Positions 11,826 through 21,733 of a stretch of DNA of 64,000 nucleotides are shown in pieces; within the stretch, counting starts at the first letter, position 1, and the number at the start of each line of letters is the position of its first letter. The notes beneath the pieces are model-generated. The model did not search any database and was not told where the DNA came from. It saw only the letters and a program-made list of their open reading frames with translations. The stretch is from positions 1,026,184-1,090,183 of the forward strand of contig NW_003314272.1 of assembly GCF_000143415.4 (NCBI RefSeq), given 5' to 3'. Source of the DNA: Selaginella moellendorffii (lineage: Eukaryota; Plantae; Lycopodiophyta). Position numbers and translations under genes: made by a program.

Positions 11826-14800
11826 TTAATTGAATTTTGCATAAGTACATAGAGTTCTGCCTTGCAGAAATTCCTCCACTAGATCTCGCGCGTTCGCTAG
11901 GTTCTCCTCTGGTTCCCATGTTGCTTCGCAGTGTGGAAATCCTTTCCACTTCACATAGAACTCTCTCATCTCGCGTCCTTGTCACTTGCTCTTGCGCGCA
12001 TTGAGGATGGCCTCGACTTCGTATTCCTCTTCCCCTTGGATAACCTCAGGTAAAGGTCTCACTTGGTCCTTGCGAAGCGGATCCTCAAAGTACGGCTTGA
12101 GTAAGTTCACGTGGAACACTGGGTGCATCTTCCCCATCTCTCGAGGAAGTCGGAGTCGGTAAGCCACTTTACCGATTTGTGCCTCAATCTCGTAAGGCCC
12201 CGCGAACCTGCTTAAGGAACTCAAGATCAATTCATTTACAGGAATACATGCATCTTTACCTTTGGGTCAACTTTCGGCTGATCCCACTTGGTAGTCTGAG
12301 GTTCTTGGTGCTCATCCACACCTTCTCCCCAGCTTGGAACTCTACATCCCGATGCTTCTGGTTCGTGTATTTGGTTTGCCTTTGTTGAGCCCGTTCCAAG
12401 GAATCCCTCACTAGATTCCAAATGTTGAGTCTTTCTGCTGTGAATGCCTCCACTGCGGGCAACTCTCCATGATACTCGGCCACGCCGAGTTCCATAGGAC
12501 CTTCAATAGCTCGCCCATTGATGACTTCCCATGGACTCACCCCGATACTCGAATGTGGTGAGTTGTTATAACACATTTCCGCAAGTCCCAAATGACTTAC
12601 CCAATCGGTCTGGTCTCTCGAGACATAGCATCGCAAATAATCCTCTAGCTGTCTATTCACCCTTTCCATTTGTCCGTCTGTCAAGAAGTGTTAGTGCCAA
12701 CAACTTGACTTAATACCCATACCTGTCTGTGGGTGATAGGCTGTGCTGAATTTCAACTTGGTGCGATACTGTTCTAGGAGAGTCCTCCAGAACCTACTGG
12801 TGAAGATCTTATCTCGATCTGAGATGATCTCTTCCGGTCTTCCCCGCACTCGAACCACTTGTTCGAAGAACAGCTTCGCCACACCTTCCGCATCCACCTC
12901 CGTTGTGGTGGGTATGAAGTGTGCCATTTTCGAAAATCGGTCCACCACCACGAATATCGCATCAAACCCCTCGCTCGGGGGGAGTCCCGTGATGAAGTCC
13001 ATCGTAAGACATTTCCACGGGCGCTCTAGAATTGGGATGCTTTGCAACAAGCCCCCACTAGCCTTAGTCACGGCTTTTACCTGCTGACATGTTGGACATG
13101 TCTTTACATAGTCTTGGACGTCCTTAGCCATATCTGGCCAATGGTACTTCCTTTTGAGTAAGCCCATCGTCTTGGGCACTCTGCCGTGTCCTGCAAGAGG
13201 TCCATCATGACACTCTTCTAAGGCCACCTTCCTTAGTTCCCCTTCTGGAACATACACCCTCGTTTGCTTGTAATAGATGAGTCCGTTGCGTTCCGCATAG
13301 CCCGTTTTCTCTTCCGTTGGCAGCTCACCTCTCTAGTGAGCTTCCCGCGCCTCTAGATTCCTCAGCAACACTTCTTGTGCTAGACCATCGTTCTCATATG
13401 CTGTCCGCACATCGTCCCAGAAGGTTGCTGTTGCGCTGGATATTGCCAACCTCAAGCTCGCTTTTCGACTTAGCGCATCCGCCACGATGTTGCTCTTCCC
13501 AGGCTTGTACAAAATCTCGCAATCAAACTCAGCCAAGGCATTGGCCCACCGACCTTGTTTCCCTCTTAGGTCGGGCTGTGACAAGAAGTGTTTTGTTGCC
13601 ACATTGTCCGTGTAAACCTTGAAGTGTCTCCCAAGGTAGTGTCGCCACTCCTTGAGCACCTTGACCACCGCAAACAATTCCTTCTCGTGGGCAGGCCACT
13701 TTCGTTGAGCCTTGTCCAGCTTCTTCGAGAAGAATGCTACCGGATGGTTGTCTTGCTTCAAAATTGCGCCCAACGCAAAGTCCGAAGCATCCGTTTCTAC
13801 CTCAAAGTCCTTACCAAAGTCTGGTAATGCCAATACGGGAGCCTTCCTCAACTTCCCTTTGAGGTGGACGAATGCCGCCTGGCATTCTGCTGTCCACACC
13901 ATCTTCCCTTTTCCTGTTTGGTCCGTTAAGGGTAGGGCTACTCTCGAATAGTGTCTGATAAACTTTCGATAGTAGTTGCATAGCCCCAGGAATGCCCTCA
14001 ACTCGTGTATATTGGATAGTCGCTCCCATTCCTGGATCGCTTGGACCTTCTCCAGGTCCACCTTGAGCCCGTCCTGGCCCACCACATGCCCAAGAAACTT
14101 TACCTCTTGTTGAGCAAAGTCACATTTGCTCTCTTTAGCATACAGTTTGTGTTCCCTTAGTTTCTCAAACACCTTCGCCAAGTGTTCGGCATGCTCCTCT
14201 AGCGTCTCGCTATAGATTAGGATGTCGTCGATATAGACGACCACGAAGTGATCCAGATAGGGTACAAAGATGTGGTTCATTAGCGCCAAAAATGTTGCCG
14301 GCGCATTACATAGCCCGAAGGGCATCACCAGAAACTCAAAGCTCCCATACCTTGTTCGACAGGTTGTCTTCTCGACATCTTCCTTGGCTACCCTGATCTG
14401 GTAGTATCCTGACCTTAGGTCAATCCTTGAGAAGTATTTTGCCTTTCCCAACCTATCGAACAGGTCCTCAATCCTTGGCAAAGGGTACTTGTTCTTCTTT
14501 GTATACTTGTTGAGCAACCGGTAGTCTATGCACATGCGCATAGATCCATCTTTCTTTTTCACAAATAACACCGGCACCCCATATGGCGACTTGCTCAACC
14601 TAACATACCCTTTGTCCACCAACTCCTCTAGTTGGCACTTGAGCTCCTTGAGTTCTTTTTCATTCAAACGATAAGGGGGACGAACCACTGCCTCAGCACC
14701 CTCGACCAGCTCAATCTTATGTTCTATCAGTCGTGCTAGGGGTAGCCCCGCCAGTAGCTCCTCCGGCATGGTATCCTGGAATTGGTCCAACACCCGCTGG

Positions 14801-16515
14801 ATCACTAAAGGTACTTCTTCCATTCCTGTCTTTTTGTCACTCTTCACCGAGAGTAAGCACAAAAAGGCCGCCTTAGTTCCTTTAGTGAGTTGTCCTCTCG
14901 TGGACACCAGGTTTAAGCAGGAATCTTTGGCCTTGCTTTGCCCTACCTTTAGATCTTGGGCCTCCACCCTAGATCTTCTTCCTTGGGCATTCGCTAGTAC
15001 CATAAGGTTTCTACCTTGTCCATGCAGGGCTACTACGAATCGATTGAACCAGTCCATTCCGAAGATCACGTCAAATCCTGCCATGTCCAACACGGTGAAA
15101 TCCATGTCCACCTTCCAAGTCCCCACTTCGACTCTCGCTTGTCGAAGTACCTCATCGGTGCTTTGGCTACCTTGAACAAACTTTATAGTCCTTGGTTCGC
15201 CTAGCCGCTGCACCGTTAGTCCAGCTTGCCGGACTATGTCTGCAGCCACAAAATTATCCGAAGCACCCGTGTCAATAAGGATTTTAACAAAGCTACCTCC
15301 GAGCTTCCCTCGGAGGGCTAGTAGATGTCGCGAACGACTCTCTACCAAAGTTGCTCGTGTAATGAGTAATTTTGAGTTAGGGACTGGATCACATACCTCC
15401 GTTTGGACTTCACCCGACTTGATGGCCATATTGGCTCTGGCCTTCTTCGGGTAGGGACATTCCCTCGAGAAGTGTCCCGCTTCACCGCAGTTGTAGCATA
15501 CGTTGTTTCCCAGGCTGCTATACGACTTGACCTTCTTATCCGTGGGTTTGTCTCTTTTCGCTTGACTCCCCCACGTACTCGCTCGCTGGCCACCGGATCT
15601 GCCTTTCCGGAACCCCGAGGACTCATTCTTAGAGAAACTCTTCTTGAATTTCCCTCTGCTAAACGTTCCCCTTGGTTTGGCCCCTTTGCTAAACGTGGAT
15701 CCCGACCCCGTCGTGTTCCCCTTTCGCAGGTTATTGTTGAAATGCACCTTGATGGCCGCATCCAACACTTCCTTGTAGTTGGTCGGGTTCCACCGCATTA
15801 CTTCGCCGCGAGCCCAGGTTTGCAAACCTGATATGAAGGCATGGAAGGCATCCATATCCCCCATGTCCGTGATAAGTATCCTCTTTGCCATAAACCCATT
15901 CACATACTCCTGAATGGTTCCGGTCTGCTTCAGCCTACTCAGCTCGTCCCTTAGATGCAGAGTAGCATTCGGAGGAATGTAAGTTGCGCGGATCCTCGCC
16001 TTCATCATTTCCCAAGTGGCCACCGGTCCTTCGTTGGCCTCTGTAGTTCTCCACCAAGACTTGGCATTATCTGCCAAGTATGGTTTTGCACATGGGACCT
16101 TCTCCGAGCTCGGTAATCGCAACGCTCGGAAGTAGTCCTCCATATCATAAAACCAATCCTCCACCACCTTATAGTCGTTCACTCCCTTGAAGACCGGTGG
16201 GGGCTTTGGTTTGTACTTGGGAACTGCCTGAGGGACTGATTCCACTTCGGTCTGTTTGACCTTGTCTGGTTTTACCTCAGTCCTTGCCGAAGGGTCCGCA
16301 CCTTCTGCGCTGCCAGCATCCGCAGTCTTTCGCTTTTTCTTCCGCTTCTCGTCACGCTTTAGCTTGTGTACGAGAGTCTCTAGCAGGGCATTGGTCTGTG
16401 CCAATTGTCCTTCTAGAACATCCAATCGAGCCTTGGACGACCGAACCTCACCACCAGACTCCTGTTTGGAAGTTGCCTCACTGGAGTCCTCCTCATGCAA
16501 GGATTCCTCATCCAT
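11826..16515 (-). pseudogene. Chromovirus gag-pol polyprotein (gag, Zn knuckle, PR, RT, RNaseH, INT, chromodomain); 2 predicted introns and 2 in-frame stops
   Basis: [56 protein letters not shown]|DGQMER, GPY, YEVEAIL..VKWKGF..TWEPEENL. Introns 12678-12722 and 12208-12259. Stops TAG 13333-13335 and TGA 11982-11984. Confidence 0.93.
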
Positions 16516-16640
16516 AGCCTCCTGTTCGACCGGAGGCTCCAGCTCTGGAGGAGGTTCCGTCTCTGCCTAGGTTCGCTTACGTCCTGCCCTTGCCATCTCC
16601 CAGCAATCCGCCTCTATCCTTCGCTAGAACTGAGGAAGAG

Positions 16641-16652
16641 GCTTCGATACCA
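16641..16652 (-). promoter_or_regulatory. Primer-binding site (tRNA-iMet-like) of chromovirus
   Basis: TGGTATCGAAGC, 3 nt from the LTR end. Confidence 0.85.
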
Positions 16653-16655
16653 AAT

Positions 16656-17830
16656 TGTAAGCCACAAATTTTTCCTTTCCAATTTGCCAGCTTACCTCGT
16701 CTATCTGACCAACTCCGCCTTGGCTTGTGCTAAGTTCCATCGCCAAGGTTCTCGCCTATGGTACCAGCTCCTACTTGGTCCTACTTGGTCCTACTTGGTT
16801 TCAGCTACTCACTGCACGAGCAACGGAGTGTTAGCCATCCATCTACGGATTCCCAAATCTCTCCCAATCCCCCTCCCCAGGTTCGACTAGACTTAAGGTT
16901 CGGCTACACTCCCCGCAGGCACAAGCAGCCAAGCACACCAAGCCTCCAGATTCCTAACACCCCAAGGTACCACAAGACTTGATCATGGGACCCTCTAAAT
17001 CCCAAGCCTTGGGTGCAGCACTTGCTCCAGGACGTTGGGGCGAAACACCGTGGCCTAACGGCCCGGTATGGGTACCTCTACCCCCCCTCTTCCATCCCGA
17101 AGGGAAGGCCCAAGCCCCTAGGAAGGGCGAGGACCAATGAGCCACAAGGTACTCAAGTGGGGCACCACTCCACCTGAGTCGGGAGCACTGCAGTCGGTTT
17201 CCCTTTCGGGAGTGGGAGCTGCTCTTGAGCACTTCCCTGGGTGGCCCCTCCGGCACCACACAGGCCCATGCTCACTCCCACCCAAGGCCCCTCGGCCCCA
17301 GTCTCAACCTCAAGTCAGTTTGGAAGCACCACTGGAGAGTTCCTTCAAGACTGGTTCCTGGACCTCTCTATCCCTACTATACTTTTGGAACCCCCTGCAG
17401 CCCCCCCCCCCCCCCCCTGGGAGACGCACGCTTTGGGCTTTCACCCCTTGACCCGTATTAGTATTTGGACTTAGTCTCTGGCTCGATCTCGGACCCGATT
17501 TCGGATCCGACTTCGGATTCGGTCTCGGACTCGATCTCGGACTCGATCTCGGACCCGATCTCGGACCCGACCTCGGACTCGACCTCGGACTCAGTCTCAG
17601 ACCCGATTTCGGATCTCGGACTCCGTCTCGAACTCGGTCTCGAACTCGGACTCGAACTCGGTCCCCGAGTCGGTCTCGGATTTGATTCCAGACTCTATCT
17701 CGAACTCGGTCCTAGAGTCGGTCTTGGACTCGATCCTCGACTTGGTCCCATCCGATGAACTCTTTGTCATTTCGGTCAAGCTTTTGGGGATCCTTTAGCC
17801 TACGACATCTCGGGGAGTCGGTTCCTTACA
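16656..17830 (-). repeat. Chromovirus 5' LTR (1175 bp)
   Basis: TGTAAG...CTTACA; intact counterpart of the split 3' LTR. Confidence 0.96.
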
Positions 17831-17835
17831 AATAG

Positions 17836-19170
17836 AAGATAAATTTAAGCATGTATCAATTAACATGAAGAGAATAATAAAGGACTTTTTGTTATAAAAA
17901 TGAGCTTGGAAAGTAAACACTAAATGAACTGGAATTAAGTACCTCTTGATGATACTCCCAAAAGAAAGATGGAGGGGTCATTGATTTATTTGTGCAAGGT
18001 CCCTTTACTACTCACATGACTCCTCGTTTTCCAAAAACATCTAGGTGTGTAAACTTTCCACTGTAGCAATACTAATAAGAGGTTGTTGGCGCTAAAGTCT
18101 CCATCTAGGAAATGGAGGTTGTCAGTCCAGAGAATGCTAACAACATTTATAAGTGTGATTAACTTCATCACATGCCTAGCAGTGGACATCACGGACACGA
18201 CGACATCCTCGCCCTTGTCCTTGAACTTGAGCAATAGTAGCATCAACGTCTATTAGAATAGGATCATCTCTTATAAAAAGTGGAGCTAAAGGATGTGTAG
18301 CAAAAAGTGGAAGAGATGATATCTTATAACGTTATGCTAAGTGAAGAGCATCATCAAGGTTGACTGGCAACTATATGCACAAATCCTACAAGATCTTGAA
18401 GAAGTGCTAGCAACAACATTCTCAACTTGATCCACTCCAACATATTTGGCTCTATACAAAGTAAAAGGCTTTAGAAACGAATGCTAAATTGCATCATCGA
18501 CTTAAATGGCTATTGACAAAGACAATGCAATTGTTGAAAAGCATTATCACAATTGTTAGCATGTCCAAATGTGAGTTTGAAGACGTCTAAGAGAATATTT
18601 CAATCCGCATAAGTGGCTATACTCAAACTATTGTACCATTGCAGCACTGTCCTTTGAAGACACATGGAAAATTCACACAAATGTTGTGTATCATCCCAAG
18701 AATGATATGTGGCAATCACCGTAAAGTGATCAAACCAATGGTACATATTATCCCTAGGATTCCCACGGAAAAACTTTAACTGAACACGAGGATTGGCAAC
18801 AAGAGCAAGAAGAAATTTACCATGCATTGTGAATGTCGCCATCAATTAAATGTGATTATTCAATTGCAACCGTATAGAATCAAGTAATTGCACCAACTAC
18901 TACTCAAAAGTCAAAGGAGGAGAAAATTACTACTCTACCATGAAAATGAATGAAAAGGAAAGAACAAAATAAAAGAAATGATAAAGCTAGAAAGAAAGTT
19001 AGATTTAGACAATGCAAAAGTTAAATTTAAACCAAAATCCCAAAAGGAAAGAGCAAAAGAAAAGAATTGGAAAAAAGTAAATTTAAACAATGTAAAAGTT
19101 AAATTTAAACTAAAATCTTAAATTTAAACACTTTTCAGGGACAATTAAAAATGCCTTTATCCTCCACCAA
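17836..19170 (-). mobile_element. Outermost degenerate gypsy element, gag remnant (right part)
   Basis: Gag-like VQLKFFRGNPRDNMYHWFDHF..W...LQWY at 18600-18845; resumes after the TSD; possible PBS TGGTGGAGG and LTR start at 19171. Confidence 0.7.
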
Positions 19171-19619
19171 TGTAAAGAGAATATAAAGAATGTTTAATTA
19201 GTCCAAAAACCTTAATTTATATATAAGAGTGAGTGGTCTGGATTGAAATCAATCCTAAATCTCACTATACTAATATTAGTATACGGCATTGTAACCATAC
19301 ACACCATAATTTTTGCTATATATTTTATTAATGAAACATTTAGTTTTAAGATTGTAAAAATATTTTAAATATCAAATGAAATTTTCCAAAGCTTGTTTAG
19401 TGTCTGGCACCTTCATTTTTCATTGTTTAGACGGGGAAAGCAGGATGAGACATATATAGTTCCTTTTAGAACTCACATTCTTTTGTCTGTTTGGGTCTGG
19501 TTGAAATATATAGTTTGGAAGAAGAGGAGAAAGGAAAATCTCCATTGCTTCCAGCAACTCAAGGAAGGGTCACGATTTCTCATGAAGACGGTCTTGTATG
19601 AAACGAAACAATGTTAAAA

Positions 19620-21353
19620 TCAATCTCTTTCTGGAGTGATCGGGCGAAGGTCCACCCCATCAATCCTTGCAGCGTTTGCGAGGACAATGTAGGCCGGCCC
19701 ATTGCGCGGCTCGAGCTCTAAAACATTCTCCACGGCGAGCCTCCTGCGCTGGAAATCGCCATAGCTTTTGCACGAGCTCTTGCAAGAGCTCAAGAAACAA
19801 AGCCAGTCCACGGCGTCGGCCACGTACGGCATGCCCGCCACCAGCCCGTACGCATCGTCGACGTGCCCGGCTCGCCCCAGCGCGTCGATCACGCAGCAGT
19901 AGTGCTGCTTGGATGGGCGCAACCCAAAATCCACGCTCATCGACCCAAAGCACTGCCTCGATCGATCGACCCGGCCGTCGCGGCTGCAAGCCAGGAGGAA
20001 ATTCGTGAAGCACGCGTCGTGGGGGAGATGATCCCACGCTTGCATCTCGTGGAAGACGCGGCGGGCATGGTTGGGAATGCCGGCTTGCGCGTGGGCCGTG
20101 AGGATCGTCGCCCACGCCACGAGCTCGCGCTGGCCGTGGGGCATTCGATCGAAGATCTTCTCCGCGCTGTGGAGCTTGCCGGCGCGAGCGTGGGCGATGA
20201 GGATGGTGTTCCAGGCGATGGCGTCGCGATCGGGCATAGCGGCGAAGATTTGCCTTGCCTCTTGCAAATGCCCTCTATCGGCAAGTGCCGCGAGAATGGC
20301 GGTTGAAAGGATAGAATCTTTGCAAGGAAGAGAAGAGAATATCTGGCTAACGGTATGTAAATCTCCATTGCTGGTATATGCTGTAAGAAAAGAGCTCCAA
20401 GAAGAGAGGCTGTGGACCGGCATGTTGTCGAATATTCTCTTTGCGTACTCCAGATGCCCGTGCCTGGCATATGTATTGAGCATCGCATTGCAAAGCGCTA
20501 GGGTTTTCTCTGGCGCTCGATCGAAGAGGTGCTTCGATTCATCGATCCGGCCGCTTTCGCCAAAGGCAGAGAGCATCGTCGTCCAGGAAATCAGGTCTTT
20601 CTCTGGCATCGCAACGAAGATCTTGGCGGCCTCGTCGACGATCTTGCTGTGCGCGGCAATGACAGAGTTCCAGGACACGAGATTCTCCTCCGGCATCGCG
20701 GCGAAGAGCCTGGCGGCCTCGATCGGCTGATGGGAATACGCAGCGATGATGGAATTCCAGGAGATGAGGCTGTGCTCCGGCATGCGATCGAACGTCATCC
20801 TCGCGTTGTCGACTCGGCCGGCGTGGATGTAGGCAGCCAGAATCGAGTTCCACAGCACGAGATCCCTCGCGGGCGCGCGATCGAACGCTTCCTTGGCTCG
20901 ATCGAGCTGCCCGGCGCTGGCGAACGCCGTCACAATGCAGGTCAGGGAGATCAGATCGTGCTGCGGCATCGCCTCGCGGAAGAAATCCTCGGCCTGGTGG
21001 ATCATCCCCCCCTGCTGCGCGTAGGCGCCGAGCATCGAGGTCCAAGAAACAAGATCCCTGGCCGGCATCTCGCGAAATATCGCCGCGGCGCTATCCAGCC
21101 GCCCCGCCCGGATGGACGCCGCCAGGATCGAGTTCCAGGACACGAGATTTCGATCGGGCATGCGCCGGAAGATCGCGGCGGCGAGGTCGAGCTCCCGGCC
21201 GCGAGCGCAGGCGGTAAGGATCGCGTTCCAGGCCACCAGGTTCCAGGCCGGCATGGAATCGAAGGCGCGCATCGCGTCCGGCAGGGATCCATTCCGCGAG
21301 TGGTGGCCGATCGCTTCCACGGAAGCGCGGATATTGTGATCGCCGCGCAGCAT
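19620..21353 (-). CDS. PLS-class pentatricopeptide repeat protein with E-type C-terminus (no DYW), intronless
   Basis: Tandem MP.RDLVSW PPR motifs; HYCCVIDALGRAG; AYIVLAN; first ATG at 21353. Confidence 0.92.
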   Translation of the reverse strand: MLRGDHNIRASVEAIGHHSRNGSLPDAMRAFDSMPAWNLVAWNAILTACARGRELDLAAAIFRRMPDRNLVSWNSILAASIRAGRLDSAAAIFREMPARDLVSWTSMLGAYAQQGGMIHQAEDFFREAMPQHDLISLTCIVTAFASAGQLDRAKEAFDRAPARDLVLWNSILAAYIHAGRVDNARMTFDRMPEHSLISWNSIIAAYSHQPIEAARLFAAMPEENLVSWNSVIAAHSKIVDEAAKIFVAMPEKDLISWTTMLSAFGESGRIDESKHLFDRAPEKTLALCNAMLNTYARHGHLEYAKRIFDNMPVHSLSSWSSFLTAYTSNGDLHTVSQIFSSLPCKDSILSTAILAALADRGHLQEARQIFAAMPDRDAIAWNTILIAHARAGKLHSAEKIFDRMPHGQRELVAWATILTAHAQAGIPNHARRVFHEMQAWDHLPHDACFTNFLLACSRDGRVDRSRQCFGSMSVDFGLRPSKQHYCCVIDALGRAGHVDDAYGLVAGMPYVADAVDWLCFLSSCKSSCKSYGDFQRRRLAVENVLELEPRNGPAYIVLANAARIDGVDLRPITPERD

Positions 21354-21433
21354 TCTCGAGGGCAGCGATGTTATTACATAGGTAAGTAGCCGTTTGTTCC
21401 AGGGTTCCACCGATAGTAGGGTTGGGAGGAGGA

Positions 21434-21681
21434 ATGGGGGGAGAAGACAACATGATCGATCTTACCAGCGATGACGATGACGATGAGGTGGAGATCATCG
21501 GCTCCATCTCGTCCTTCGTCAAGATGGAGCCAGTGGACAAGAACACACACGTCAAGGTAGAGCCAGCGCCAGTGCAGTGCTCGGTGGGAGAGACATCCGA
21601 CTCGTCCTTTCGGCATTTCTGGAGGGCTGGAGACTACGAGACCTCCTCTTTCAGCATGTCTGTGCAAGGTAAGTGAAGAAG

Positions 21682-21733
<52 letters not shown>

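Larger units (their letters stand above)
2910..17830 (-). mobile_element. Chromovirus (Ty3/gypsy LTR retrotransposon with canonical chromodomain), full length, carrying a nested insertion
   Basis: TG..CA termini; 5-bp TSD AATAG at 2905-2909 and 17831-17835; near-identical LTRs; tRNA-iMet-like PBS; PPT; gag-PR-RT-RH-INT-chromodomain order. Confidence 0.96.

Noticed and set aside
13258-13340. Programmed frameshift between RNaseH and integrase
   Set aside because: Both ORFs are in the same frame, separated by a single TAG
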